NCBI GenBank assembly: GCA_028534125.1
Contig: CM052816.1
Location: 37,698,001-37,762,000, forward strand
DNA from: Lama glama
Lineage: Eukaryota
Reading direction: 5' to 3'
Length of the DNA stretch: 64,000 nucleotides
Numbering within the stretch: position 1 is the stretch's first letter; each line of letters begins with the position of its first letter. Under the pieces are notes generated by a model. It saw only the letters and a list, made by a program, of their open reading frames with translations, ran no database searches and had not been told where the DNA came from. Shown here piece by piece: positions 12,341 to 25,224 of this stretch. Made by a program: the position numbers and the translations under genes.

Positions 12341-12690
12341 TCCAGTGAGAAAAAGAAAGAAGAAAACACAAAACTGTAACACTATCACTGCTCTGAAATC
12401 CTTCAAAGTTCAGAAAGATGGCCTTCTAAAGATCGATGGCGTTTGCGCTTATCAGTGGTTCATTTGGAGAAACAGATCAAAGTTGGCTGCTGTTAGTTCC
12501 AATTCGACATAAACCTTTACTAATGCCCAAAAGGTTTGGGAAGAAGCATGAAGTACACACCAACAACATAATTCCTGTTAGATGCTCATAGAACACCCAG
12601 AGTCTCCGGTGTAAAGCGTTTTTTACTTTTCCCATAGAGTCCATAAGGAAATCACCATGAATATGCATTATTAATTTTTCTCTCTGAGAT

Positions 12691-12874
12691 TTTTTTTTAA
12701 CTGAAGTATAATCAGTTTACAGTGTTGTATCCATTTCTGGTGTACAGCATAATGTTTGACAGACATATACATATGTATTCCTTTTCATATTCTTTTTCAT
12801 TATGGGTTTATCACAAGATACTGAATATGGATGCCTGCACTATACAGTAGAAATGTAATCTATTTTATATATAC
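12691..12874 (-). mobile_element. 5'-truncated young L1 3' end
   Basis: Poly-T followed by aactgaagtataatcagtttacagtgttgtatcc...; TSD ctgagat at 12684-12690 and 12875-12881. Confidence 0.85.
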
Positions 12875-14476
12875 CTGAGATCTCTGAAGCTCTTGTGTTC
12901 TCCAGAAAACACTCTGTTTCTATCCCTCTTCCCTCATCCAGGGCCTGCAATACTGACAACATCCATCTATAGGCCTCTATGATCTATCAGATAAGACTTG
13001 AGGAATCCAGAATCTTCAAACACCTACGAGCAAATATTTGAATTTTCCTAGCTAATACTAATAAATTTTCAGAGCCTAACTTCAATTATTTTAACAGAAT
13101 ATCTTTCTCTTTACATGTCTTATGAAAAAGGCTTCATTTATAGTAAGTGAACAGATAGGGGAAAAAAAGATGGAAAAGAACATCTTGTATTGCCTACATA
13201 TATTATGTTCTCTTTGTGACCCTCAAAGTTAATTATCTCTCTCTCAATGCATTTGCAAAACCAATTTATTTGAGAAACCTTGATAAAAGACCTTACAAAT
13301 GATATGTTCTGGTGACCGACTCTAAACTTTTTACCCCTAACTCACAGTATTGATAATTTTGATGGATAAAGATGTGCTAGATAGAGGTCAAATTTAGGTG
13401 GCTTCAAGCCTATAAAAAGAAGCCTAATTTCATTTTTGAGTAGATGGAATGGCCTGAGTGGCCTTAAAAGTCATTGTAGTTTTATATGAGGCTTGGCAAA
13501 TTCCCAGTCCTCTGATAGGGACTCATGCATAGGCATTGAGTACAAAGGCCCTGCGCAGGTCGAGATGATCTCAGTATTTATGTTTTGGCACCAACAGTCC
13601 ATGAAAAATAGATGACTTATGTTCGCAGGTCCTTCATATTTTTAAGAAGTCATTTCACTTCAGTTGTATTTCAGATTAAGAGCTATTAAGATCTTTAGTA
13701 TACTTGAGATGCTGGCATTCAAGTTAATTTCTACATCATTAATTCATTATGTCTGCCTCCTTTGTTTTCAATTACTATATATGTGGATATAGATATTTAT
13801 TAGGAAGATAAAAACATTTTCCCTAGAAATTATTCTCTGAGCAGAGCCACTTACTCCTCTTTCTTGATTAGAGTTGGTTACACCTGGAAGCTTTTACAAA
13901 GATTCTCAAGTCTATCAGAGGCCCAGAGATACCAAAACCAAATTTTTTTTTCTTATTTTTTTGCTTGCTTATTTTGATTTAATGTAGTCAAATCCAAGTT
14001 GTAAAGCTAAGCCTCTCCACATGCGCTGTCTATTCTGCTCTTCAGTTGATTTTTCCTCTCCTCGGTCACACTGTACTTACCTTTTCAAACTAAATTGATT
14101 TCATTAACTTTCACACCCCCTGCAAACATAAATTGCTACTCTCTCCCGAATTAGACAGAGCCACATAAAACCTACAAATATGAGGTAGTTGGTTGACTGT
14201 TCTGGGGCTTTCCCAGTCATTCACACTACTGACATGTCCATTCAGTGAGGAACTACTAAAACTGAAACATTTGCTAAAAATTTAGAGGACAGGAAACACA
14301 CGCGCACACACAAATATGAATGGCTAGTTCATTCTCCTCAAGAAGCTTGCAGATGAGTAGGATGGATGAGATAAAGATGAAAGACATAAAGAATGATGTG
14401 AACAGGTTTTTTGGGGGACTGGTGGGGTTTTTTTTTTAAGTGATTATAGAAAATCTACAAAACCTCTGCTATATTC

Positions 14477-14634
14477 AGTGTTGTCTTCAAACCAACAGTG
14501 TTGGTATCCCTTGGTAACTTATTAGAAACAAAACAGCTCAGCGTGTACCCCAAACCTAGTTAATCAAAATTTGCATTTTAACATTATCAGTAGTGAAATC
14601 CTATGAACATTTAAGTTTGAGTCTATCGGTGCTA
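14477..14634. mobile_element. MER5-type hAT-Charlie DNA transposon remnant
   Basis: cagtgttgtcttcaaacc...aatcaaaatttgcattttaaca...acatttaagtttgag...gtgcta. Confidence 0.65.
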
Positions 14635-14805
14635 GAGCTGTCAGGTTCTCAGAGGAGATCAAGAGCTTATTTGTGGAAATGAAAGGACTGGAGCTTGATT
14701 TTAAATACAGAAATAAAGAGGGCAGGAGCATAATATCAAAGTCACGTCAACTGTACCAAAAAAAGCACTGTTGAGGCTGTTGATCACTTGGCTTGGATGG
14801 GCTAT

Positions 14806-15218
14806 TGTGAAGGAAAAGCTGGACTGGTCTAACAAGATAACTCACAAGTCTAAGTATTGGAATACTGATCTGAGTTCTGCTGGACTAACTTGTAAATCTT
14901 AGTCAATTAGTGTTGGTTTGCTGTTTATGTTTTTTGCTAGCCAGCTGGATTTTCAAAGATACATATCTGGCTTTGGAATGTTGGTTTGCTGCCTCCCTGC
15001 CTCCATTTTTGTGATGATAATGCTGCTAAAGCTGTTCCATGCCTATTGGCTGAATACCCCAAGCTTGTACTTTACCCTATAAAACCACATGTGCACGTCT
15101 TGAAGGTGCTCAGAGCTTTGGAGCAGAAGCCCCTCTGAGCCCACCGGCGTAATCCATCTGAGTACTCCAACCCTCCGAGTGGTGCTTGTTTCTTGGCTGG
15201 CCTATCGTTTCCGTAACA
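14806..15218 (+). mobile_element. Solo ERV1-class LTR (413 bp)
   Basis: TG...CA termini with an imperfect terminal inverted repeat (TGTGAAGGAAA / TTTCCGTAACA). 4-bp TSD ctat at 14802-14805 and 15219-15222. Internal ATTGG and CTATAAAA boxes. Confidence 0.85.
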
Positions 15219-15419
15219 CTATGAGTCAGCCATATGGAGTGACACCCGAATGATGAGCTTTTCCTTAGTCTTAGATCAAGCCAGAAAATGGCACATACGA
15301 CTGCAGAAAGCTGTGGGTACTTTAAGTGTCTCAGTCTTCCTTTATCTTTTTTCCCCCGGGAAGTTGGTCGCCAGAAAAGTGATACACAAATTTGAAAGTC
15401 TGTAGTTAGAAACAGTGAC

Positions 15420-15756
15420 TGTCTTAGCCCGATGAGACAACACAAACACCACAGACTGGGTAGCTGTAAACAACGGAAATTTACGTCCCACATTGCTGGA
15501 GGCTGGGAAGTCCCAGGTCAGGGCTCTGACATGGTCACGTTTTAGTGACAGTCCTCTCCCTGGCTCATAGCCAGCGCCTTTTTGTCCTCCATCCTCTCTG
15601 GGTTCTCTTTTACAAAAATTCTGGTCTCATTCATGAGGGCGCCACCCTCATAATCTAGTCCCCTCCCCAAAGCCTCACCTCCCAGTACTATATACTTAGG
15701 GAGTTAGAGTTTCAACATAACAATTTTGGGGACACGTGAATATTCAGGCTATAGCA
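15420..15756 (-). mobile_element. MaLR LTR (MLT1A-like)
   Basis: tgtcttag...caccacagactgggtagctgtaaacaacggaaattt...ctggaggctgggaagtcc...ttttggggacac...tattcaggctatagca. Confidence 0.85.
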
Positions 15757-16898
15757 GATACATTCAGAAATATTAAGCAGATTTATCCTCTGCTTGTGGT
15801 CCTAATAGTTCTATCTCAGACTGGTTATTATGAAAATCATGGATTTTGTATGTGAGAAATGGTGGCCACTGAGTTTCTTTTCATCTGCCATTATTGAGAT
15901 TGGAGAATTTTCTTCTTCTTCTCTAGTATTATATACGATGAATCTGGGTTTTTGTCAGAAGCTTCCTTTTTGGCTACTGTACCAGAGAAAATGTTTCTGT
16001 GGGAAATGAAAAGTCTTCAATTAATATAGAAAAGAACATCTTAGCTGGTAAACTGCGTGAGTTGATGGAGCAGTGAGAATATGCTTATACCATTAATTTT
16101 GTATAAAATTTGTATTTCTAATAAGCCACACATATTATGATTTCCATATTTATATGCCAGTATAATTCTCAAATATATGTGCATATATATGTATATATTT
16201 TAGAGGAACAAAGATGAGCTTTTGAACTAAAAAGTTTTTATTTTCAAAGTTGAAAAAACTTTACATATATCTTTAATGGGTACTGATCCAGGTCTTACCT
16301 GAGGAAGAGGTTATGTCACTGATATAAAGTAGTCACCAAGAGACATGCACATTTCGTGTTTTGTTTTTGAATAATTTTTTTTATATATAAATTTTCAGGT
16401 GTATGTGCATGTCCTTTTAAGTCTAATAATTAGTCTAACAATTTGGATAAGTGATAATAAATACGTTTAGCAAGGTGTATTTTATTCATCTGTTTGATCT
16501 GAATTTTGATCTAAATACATGTCTAGAAGTAAAGTTAACAATCATATTTCATGGATCCAAATCCTCCCTAGGAAATGGCACAACACAGGGATGCTACTGG
16601 GAAAGCTGCTATCTCAATCACTCAATACTGAATTCAGTCCAAAAGATATGCTAAGCACATAAATGATCTAAGCACTGGACTAAGTAATTAAGATATCAAA
16701 ATTAATAATACAGTGGCTCTGTCCTCAAGAAACTATGATAGGAAACAAGTATATTCAAGTCCTTGTTACACAAATCCAGCTACTACGAATACTTTGATTG
16801 AAATTGTTAACTTCCTGAGGGAAAACAGGAAACTGTTCACAGAGGTGATGTTTAATGAGTATCTTGAAGATTTGGTGGGATATCAGAAGTCAGAAAAG

Positions 16899-17456
16899 TG
16901 TTGTTGAACCTGAGTTCATGTGCCTAGCATACAGTGAGGCCAAACGCTGGGATCTGGAGCAGAGAAAACTTTATGCAAGAGCCAAGCAAGGAGAATAGAC
17001 AACTCATGCTCAAAAGACCTGAACTTCCCAATGGTTTTCAGGGAAGAGTTTTTAAAGGCAAAATCTGAGATGTGTGTTGCAGGCTGTGTGACTTCCTGCA
17101 GACTGCGTGGTAGTGTGCTAAGATGGTGATGTTCCAGGAAGTGTATTCTTGGCCTCAAGTTACCATCCTCTACCTGGGTGGGGGGCTTAGTTCTTGTAGA
17201 AGAACTCAAAGATGCAGTGTTGTATAGCCCTCAAGGAGGAACTAGGATTCTGCCTTACTGCTGCACTATTGTCTCCTGACTACTATTCATTTGTTTCTGC
17301 ATTCCCTCGCTTCCTAGTTAGTAACTGTTTCAATCTGCCCTTTGGAACTCAGGGAAGGTCTAGGAGGCTGAAGACTTCTTCCTATGAACAAAAAATGAGG
17401 GGACCCGGAAAGGCTTTTGTATCAAGAAGGGCCCCATAGGGTCTTGTCTGGTTTCA
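16899..17456 (-). mobile_element. Solo ERV1-class LTR inserted in L2
   Basis: TG...CA ends with a near-TSD aaag/agag. Internal motifs such as ctcatgctcaaaagacctgaacttccc and aatctgccctttggaactcagggaagg resemble laurasiatherian ERV1 LTRs. Confidence 0.75.
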
Positions 17457-17657
17457 AGAGAGGGGAAATGACTTTTCAGTTCTGTTCATTAACTTGACCA
17501 TAGCCTAAGAGCTATAAGCAATCATAGCGCATGCAAGAAATGGCAAAATTCTGATGTTGCTGGTGGGAATGGTGTATTAAGAGGAGTGATGGGGGAAAAA
17601 AGAGGAGAAAAAGAAAGGTGCTAAAAATGGGTGAATGTGGTTAAACAAATGTGGTAC

Positions 17658-17880
17658 TGTGATTTATAATAAGAAATATATGTTTCATCGTCTTAACCTG
17701 TGGGGTTTACTCTAACTCCAGCTGTTAGTGTCTGAATTGAGTTAAACTGTAGGACACCTAGTTCATGTCTGCCAAAAACTGGAGATTGCTTGGTGTGGAA
17801 AGCCCCACATATGTGGTGCCAGAAGTATTGGGTGTGGAAGTTACAGAAAGCAGAATAGGAAATAGAGGTTTTCCTTACAA
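17658..17880 (+). mobile_element. MER21-like LTR fragment
   Basis: tgtgatttataataagaaatatat...tagtgtctgaattgagttaaactgtaggacacctag...ttgcttggtgtggaaagccccacat. Confidence 0.6.
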
Positions 17881-19439
17881 GGAGAAAAGCCCTACAAATA
17901 AGGAACTATGTTAGCTGCTTTTATGATAATTGAGGCAAGATATCTTAAAGAACTGCTTTATTCAAAGAGGTCCAATAGAGAATGGAGGAGTGAAACTGGA
18001 GACAGTGAGTTTAAGCATTTTTTTTCAAAAAGTATAGCTGTCAAGAGAAAGAGAAAAACAGAGTGGTAGCTAGAGGTTAAAATAAGTCTAAAGTGATTTA
18101 TTTTGATTTGAATGTTTTGAGAAATAAAGATATGTTAGTTCACTGATACGAGGATGCAATAAAAAGAGAAATACTGACAATGTCCTTGAGTGTGTGATAA
18201 AGAATGAGGAACTTGGTGGTACATTCTTGATAGAAGTGGGCCCAGCTGGATACTGTTGGGTAGATCAAAACAGGGAGAACTGGTGGAAATGGAAATCCTC
18301 TTATAATTGCTTCAATTTTCTGTCAATTACAATAAAATAGTACCAACTTATAATAAGAATAGGGAAGGAGATTGTAGCTTTTAGTGATGAACAGGAAGTA
18401 TAACATCCTATTTCATAGAAAAGACAATGGACTAAGTATCAAAGAATGCTCTTTTGGTGAATAATTTGATTTAAAGTGAGACTAGTAATATGATTGTGCA
18501 TTGTTTTTTAGCAAAGTATAGCTGACTGAAACAAGAATATCATTAGATGTAACTAGGTAGTGTGGCTTAAACAAATACTGCCAAAGAATAGAGAATTAAA
18601 GGAGTAAAGATTATATGCAGTTGAAAGTTCAGAAAGATTGAAAACCAAATAAAGTTAGCTAAAAGGGAATAAAGTTCATAGGGAGGGAGATGAGAGGTGA
18701 GCAAAAAGTGTTTACATTACTGGATTTAAACTTCTACTGAATTAGAGATTTGCTGTAGACGGAGTAATAGAGTGTGATTTGGGGAAGTATCGATACGAGA
18801 ATGGACTGGCTGAGGTAAGATTGAGGGAAAGTTCTTTGGATGAAATTAAATCATGTGACTGAAAGGATATTTGAAGTATAATTTACATGGATATCAAAAA
18901 TGGTAACAGGAGTATTGTTGGAGAGCGGGAGAGTGACTCAGCAAAAAAAATATTCAAGAAGGAGAAGGAGAGCCTGGGTGGGTTGTAGATGGCTAAGGGA
19001 GTGGTCGCAGAAAGTTAGAATGCTTATGACTGAGATTCAAGCTAAAGAAAGATGATGAAGGAAATACTCACAGAAGGGTTTACAGATTAAGGAGTCTTCT
19101 ATTATGGACCTTGAATTTAACCTAGCACAATGGAAGGTAAAGGAATGGAGAGATGTGGCAGATGGGGGTCGGAAAGAGGAATATGTATGGGAACATATGT
19201 ATGAAGACTACAGTCCAGTGAGTAAAGTATGGCCTTTGATCCTGGGTTTCCTGTTGTACAGGGAAATGACAGAGTAAGTCCTGAGGTCCCAAGACTGCAG
19301 ATGTTGACAGATGACACAGTTGGAGAAGCCTTGTTAAAACTGAAGCTGAATTCTGGAGCCCCCACCTATTATTGATGATTAAAGTTTAGATTCCAATAGA
19401 ATTCGGGTATTTTTTCGTCTAAAATCAGTCCAAAAAGAG

Positions 19440-20090
19440 ATAATAATTTTAGCATCAAAAGCATTTTTTAAGTTTAAGAATATATAGAAAAAATATCTCC
19501 ATGACCTGAAAGTAGACAAAGATTATTTAAACAGGCACAAATCATAAAATGAAAAACTGAACACATGTGCCTACCTTACTCTTCAAAATTCAATATTTCA
19601 ACAAATAAAATGACAATTTGTGGCTGGGAAAAGACATTTGTAATACTTACAACCTGCAATGATTTCACATTTACCATATGCTCAGAATTGCCTCAAAAGT
19701 ATAAGGAAATTATAAAAGATCCTGCAGAAAATATGAAATAGGTAATACTATTAAGAAGGTGTCTGAGAAAAAAAAATGTTCATCCTCTTTGGAAAACAAA
19801 AATAAAACCACAAGCAGTGAGAGACCATCTTATAGCTAAAGTCCTCAGTTTGAGTAAATATAAAGTTTCACAATACTAAATGTTACGAGGATCTGAGTCA
19901 AGTGTAAATCTTATTATGGTGAAAATAAAACTGGCACAATCATTTTCAAAATGTAGCTGCAATATCTAGTGAAGTTAAAGGTCCTGGTTCTGGTGACTGA
20001 AATTCTCACCTAGATTTATCATTTTGAGAAACTTTGACTCACACACAGGAAGAGAAGCAGAAAATGCTCATAGTGGCATTGTTTATGAGA
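19440..20090 (+). mobile_element. Old L1 (L1ME-like) ORF2 3' region; outer layer of the TE nest
   Basis: Degenerate ORF2 C-terminal motifs (ctgggaaaagacatttgtaatac; aaaatgctcatagtggcattgttt). Appears to resume at about 25855-26130. Confidence 0.55.
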
Positions 20091-20094
20091 GGAA

Positions 20095-21520
20095 GGGTTC
20101 TTGGAGTTTTCCCAAACTGGTTTGTTTCCAGAGGGCACTTGGACATTAGTATTCCAAAATCTCTTCTCAAAAATGGTTTGCTTACTTTTCCTGGTATAAA
20201 AAAGAAAAACACCCTTCTCAGTCTGATCTTATTCAGGCCATCCAACAATCCCGGTGTGCGTTGTCTAAGGTATTCAGTGTGTCAGCAGTCACCGGTCCTC
20301 CTCAGCTGTTAATCCCACAGCCTTTCCAACCTCAAAGACACTCCCGCTTCCCTATGTCCCCTCTTCTTATCATTCTGCTCCTCCAAACATATCCTTGTCT
20401 CCACCAACACCGTGTCTTGACCCTTTTTGTCTTTACACACCCCTCCCCAAACCTCATCTTGTTTTTCCTGCTCCCCAGTTTTCTAAAATTACTCAACACC
20501 TTGGTGGTGCTCCCCTAGTATTCAGACCCAGGGGAAGAGAAGTTAAATGACTTGAGTCAACTTCTCCTCAACTAGTCACTTCTAACCCTTGGTCTGTATC
20601 TGACTTACATGTTATAATAGGAGACTCCCCTGACTTATACACACACAAAAAAGGATTTTCTACAAAATTAAGAGTTGGGACATCATCTCCATCAAAATGG
20701 CTCATATAAATTTCATAATACAAACACATGGGGCATTCATTTCCCTGAACTCTGAATAGGTCCCCGTGAGACATATTTTATTTATGCTAATTAATGCCTA
20801 TTGTATCTGCCTGTTAATTGGCAGGAATTATTATCTAGCTAATCTAACTAGCCCTTACCAAATCTTTCACCAGACTATCTTCTTTTCTCACTTGAAATAC
20901 TCAATGACCTCCGATATAAACTTTCTAGATATTAGGTGATCCAAAAGGCTATAATGGGATGTTACAGCTACAAACTTAGGTGTAAAATTCCAGCACTAAA
21001 AGGAATCTGTGACCTTCCTTTCTCACAGTGTACCCACCCAAAAAGATTTAGAATAAGAGGCTAAGAAATTTGGAATAAACCCAGAAGATTTGACTATCAT
21101 AGCAGATGGGGAACCTTTGTGCCTCTTGCAGTTGCCATATGGTCCCCACAGAAAGTTCACTAGAACTTCTGCAATTTATATACTCTGCTCTGGGAAATAA
21201 TCAGAATCTGGACAGTCTTACCAAAAAAATCAACATCATCACCAAAGATCCACAGGAACTCCAGAGGAGGGTACACTGCAATCATAAGGCATTGGCCATG
21301 ATTCTGGTTTCCCAAGGATACACCTGTGCAGCGGTCACAGTGACTACTGTGTATATGTTCCCAGAAAACTCTGTCATCTATGCCATAACTGAAAATGTTT
21401 AGACCACAAACCAGGAAATTTGTTGCATCACCACTGCTGTCCTCACTCTACCATCTAAGGACGCTTTGGGTCCAATGTTCTGAATCTTCTTAATTGATTT
21501 CTTTCAATCCTCCAATCATA
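20095..21520 (+). mobile_element. env: ERV1 internal region with degenerate env
   Basis: ORF 21106-21402 contains NHKALAMILVSQGYTCAAVTVTTVYMFPENS, a decayed TM immunosuppressive domain / CX6CC region (LQNRxALDxLLAxQGGxCAxxxxxCCxY). Confidence 0.75.
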
Positions 21521-24500
21521 CTCATATTTTAATACTCATTAATTTTCAAACACATTCTTTTGTATGTATGTATGGGTGTTGTACAATGTGCTCCTTACCC
21601 CATGACTTCTGATATTATGTAGTATTTGTCTTCCTCCATTTGACTTATTTCAGTTTGCAGAATGCCTTTCATTTTCATCCTGGACCATGTTGTCACAAAT
21701 AACAGGATTTACTTCTTTTTTAAGGCTGAATAATGTTCTATAGAGTGTGTGTGAATGTATGTCTGTCTGTGTATGATTATTTTTATTCTTCCATTTGTTG
21801 ATGGAAACCTAGATTGTTTCTATACTATAGCTATTGTGAATAATGCTGCGGTGAACATGGGAGTGCAGATACGTCTTCAAGATAATGATTTCATTTCTTT
21901 TGGATATATACTCAGAAGTAGAATTGCTGGATCATATGATCATTCAATTTTTAATTTTGGTGAACCTCCACAGTGTTTTCCATAGTGGCTGTACCAGTTT
22001 ATATTCCCATCAGCAGTGTACAGAGATTCCTTTTTCTCCACATTCTCACCAGCATTTTTGTCTCTTGGCTTTCTAATCATAGACATTCTAACAGCTGTGA
22101 GGTGATAGCTCATTGTGGTTTTGAATTGCATTTCCCTGATGATTAATGATATTGAACACCCTTTCAAGTACCTATTGATCATTTCTGTTTTCTTTGGGGA
22201 AAAAAATCTATTTAGGTCCTTTTGCTAATTTTTTGTTAAGGCTGTTTGTTTCTTCAGCTGTTGAGTTACATGAGTTCCACATATATTTTGGATATTATCC
22301 CCTTGTCTGCTTTGTGGTCTGTAAATAGTGTCTCTCATTCCAAAGATTATCTTTCCATTCTATTGATGGTTTCCTTTACTCTGTAGGAGATCTTTAGTTT
22401 GGATAAATCCTCCTCCTTTATTTTTGCTTTTGTTGCCTTTGTTTTAGCATCAAATCCAAAATATCAACATCAAGGCCAAAGTCAAGGAACTTACCCACTA
22501 TGTTTTATTTTTTTTCTAGGAATTTTATGGTTTCAGGTGTTATATTTAAGTCCTTAATCCATTTCAGTTTAATTTTTGTGGATGGTGTAAGATAGAGCCC
22601 AACTTTATTCATTTGCATGTTGCTTTCCAGTTAAAATCAGGAAGTGTGATACCTCCAGCATGACTCTTCTTTCCCAAAATTGTTTTGGCTATTTGAGGTC
22701 GTTTGTGGCTCCATACAATGTTTAGGATTTTTTTTTCCTATTTCTCTGAAAAATGCCATTGGGATTTTGATACAGACTGCATTAAATTTGTAGATTTTGG
22801 AGGGGTAATATGGACATTTTAACAATATTTTTTCCAATCAACGAACATGAAATGCCTTTCTATTTATTTATGTCCTCGTTAATTTTTTTCATTAATGATT
22901 CATAGTTTTCAGTGCACAGATGTTTCACCTTCTCAGAGTTATACCTAAGAATGTTATTATTTTTGATACTATTGTAAATGGGAATATCTTCCTAATTTAT
23001 TTTTTGGATAGTTTGCTGTTAATGTACAGAAATAACACTGGTTTTTTATATATTGCAACTTTACTGAAATTGTTGATTAGTTCTAACAGTTTTTTGGTGG
23101 AGACTTAAGGGTTTTATACTAATAGTATGTTATCTGCAGAGACATTTTACTTCTTCCTCTCTAATTTATATGCCCTTTATTCATTTTTCTTTTCTAATTG
23201 CTCTGACTAGGAATTCCAGTACTATGTTAAATGAAAGTGATGAGGGTGGACATCCTTGTCTTTTTCCTGATATTAGAGTAAAAGCTGTTAGCACTTTACC
23301 GTTGACTATGATACTATCTGTGGGTTTGTCACAGACGGTGTTTATTATGTTGAGGTACATTCCCTGTATACCAGTTTTTGGAGAATCGTTATCGTAAAAG
23401 GATGTTATGTTGAATTGTGTGGAATGCTTCTGCACCAACTGAAACAACTAGATGATTTGTATTATTCATTTTCGTAACGTGGTCTGTCACATTTATAATT
23501 TGTGATGTGGAATCATAGTGCATCCCAGGAGTAAGTCCCACTTGACCCAGGTGTATGTATGGTCCTTTAATGTACTGTTGAATTCAATTTGCTAATATTT
23601 TGTTAAGGATTTTTTAAAAATCTATATCTATTAGGGATATTAACCTGTCATTTCTTATAGTGTCCTTGTCTGGCTTTGAAATCAGGGTAATGCTGGTCTC
23701 CTGAAATGAGTTTGGAAATGTTCTTCCCTCTTCTGATTTTCTGGAACAGTTTGAGAAGGTTTGGTATTAACTCTTTAAACGTTTGGAGGAATTCACCAGT
23801 GAAGCCATCTGGTCTTAGGCTTTTCTTTGTTGGGAAGTTTTTGATTCCTGCATCAGTTTTCTTACTAATAATTATTCTGTTCAGATTTTTCTATTTCTTC
23901 ATGATTCAGTCCTTGTTGATTGTGTGTTTCTAGGAATTGATCCGTTTCTTCTTTGCTGATGTGTAAGTGTTCATAGCAGTCCCTCATGAACGTTTGTGTG
24001 GTACCAGTTGTAATATCTCCTCTTTCATCTGTAATTTTATATTTGAGTCTTCATCATTTTTCCTTGTAAGTTTGGCCAACAGTATGTCAATTTTATTTAT
24101 CTTTTAGGAAAAACAACTTAGTTTCATTGATCCTTTCAGTTTTTTTAAGTCTCTGTTTCTACACTAACACTTGTTATTTATTTCCTTCTGCAAACTTTGG
24201 GCTTAATTTGCTGTTCTTTTTCTAGTGCTTTAAGGACTACAGTCAGGATGTTTACTTGATATCTTTCTTGTTCTTATTGTAGGCATTTATCACTATAAAC
24301 TCTCCTCTTAGAACTGCTTTTGTTGCACACCATAAGTTTTGGTATGTTGTGTTTCCATTTTCATTTCTCTCAAGATAGTTTTTTGATTTCCCTTTTGGAT
24401 TTTTTCTCTGACTCATTGGTTGTTCGGGAGGGTGTTTACTCTTCACATATTTTTTCATATTCCAGTTTTTTTCTTGTAATGGATTTCTTGTTTCATACCG

Positions 24501-24646
24501 TTGTGTTTGGAAAACATGCTTAATAAGATATCAGTCTTTTAAAAAATTTATGAAGACTTCAGGGAAAGACTAGGAAATGAGAGATTTTGCTTATTCCCTC
24601 TATGCTGAGCCCTGGTGGGATAACTGGTTCAAGAATTGCTTCTTTG

Positions 24647-24753
24647 GTGCCTTCTTAGGCAGTACATATGCCAAAAACTGGGATGATACAGAAAAGATCA
24701 GCATGGCCCCTGAACAAGGATGACATGCAAATTTGTGATGTGTTTCATAATTT
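24647..24753 (+). pseudogene. RNU6: Full-length U6 snRNA retropseudogene, the 5' part of a U6/L1 chimera
   Basis: gtgccttcttaggcagtacatatgccaaaaactgggatgatacagaaaagatcagcatggcccctgaacaaggatgacatgcaaatttgtgatgtgtttcataattt aligns end to end with U6. The ACAGAGA box is mutated to ACAGAAA. Confidence 0.95.
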
Positions 24754-24818
24754 AAACTTGAACAGTGCTATATGTCAATCACATCTCAATAAAACTCGAC
24801 AAAAATAATTTTTTTAAA
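24754..24818 (+). mobile_element. L1 3' terminus and A-rich tail fused to U6
   Basis: gtgctatatgtcaatcacatctcaataaaac (AATAAA at 24788-24793) followed by an A/T tail. The whole chimera is flanked by the TSD aagaattgcttctttg at 24631-24646 and 24819-24834. Confidence 0.85.
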
Positions 24819-25224
24819 AAGAATTGCTTCTTTGTTGCTATAGTTCTCTAGGACTGGGACTCATGAACAGAAGTCCCTTTGGCTCCGGAGCCAGACATTT
24901 AGGAAACTCTTCCTTGGCAGCAGCTGTAAAAGCTGGTATGCAGATGTTTAGACAAGCTTCTACCAGGAATTTTCTGGTGATGTGGAGCAGGCTGGAGGGA
25001 GAAGGCAGGAGTGGTGTCTGTCAGCATTCCTGGTCTCTGGGTAGAATCACAGTCAGTCCCTAGGGCCTGCCATTTTGATGTGGATAGTTTCCCATTTGTC
25101 TGATGTGTAGGAGTTGCTCAGCTATTCTCTGGAGAGAATTGCTCCGTGTGTAGCTGTATATTCGGTGTGTTCATGTCAGGAGGGGAATCTTAGATGCCTC
25201 GTATTGCTATCTCTGTGGACTCCT

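Larger units (their letters stand above)
16610..19350 (+). mobile_element. Fragmented L2 LINE interrupted by LTRs
   Basis: Purine-rich degenerate L2-like sequence on both sides of the LTRs, e.g. gctctgtcctcaagaaact and gagacagtgagtttaagc...gctgtcaagagaaagag. Confidence 0.5.
21545..25215 (-). mobile_element. Internally deleted L1 (L1MA/L1MB age): 3'UTR, ORF2 fragments and 5'UTR
   Basis: ORF2 fragments [45 protein letters not shown] and [24 protein letters not shown]. The endonuclease region joins 5'UTR-like sequence at about 24560. Confidence 0.9.

Noticed and set aside
12156..12512. 118-aa plus-strand ORF
   Set aside because: No recognisable domain, and the splice signals here point to the minus strand.
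15110..15493. 127-aa minus-strand ORF
   Set aside because: It spans an MLT1 LTR, spacer DNA and an ERV1 LTR, so it is a chance frame.
21106..21402. Co-opted syncytin-like env gene
   Set aside because: Only a 98-aa fragment remains, the CX6CC motif is lost, and the gene is interrupted by an L1.
24647..24753. Functional U6 snRNA gene
   Set aside because: The ACAGAGA box is mutated, there are many other substitutions, no upstream PSE/TATA is evident, and the copy has an L1 tail and TSDs, so it is a retrocopy.
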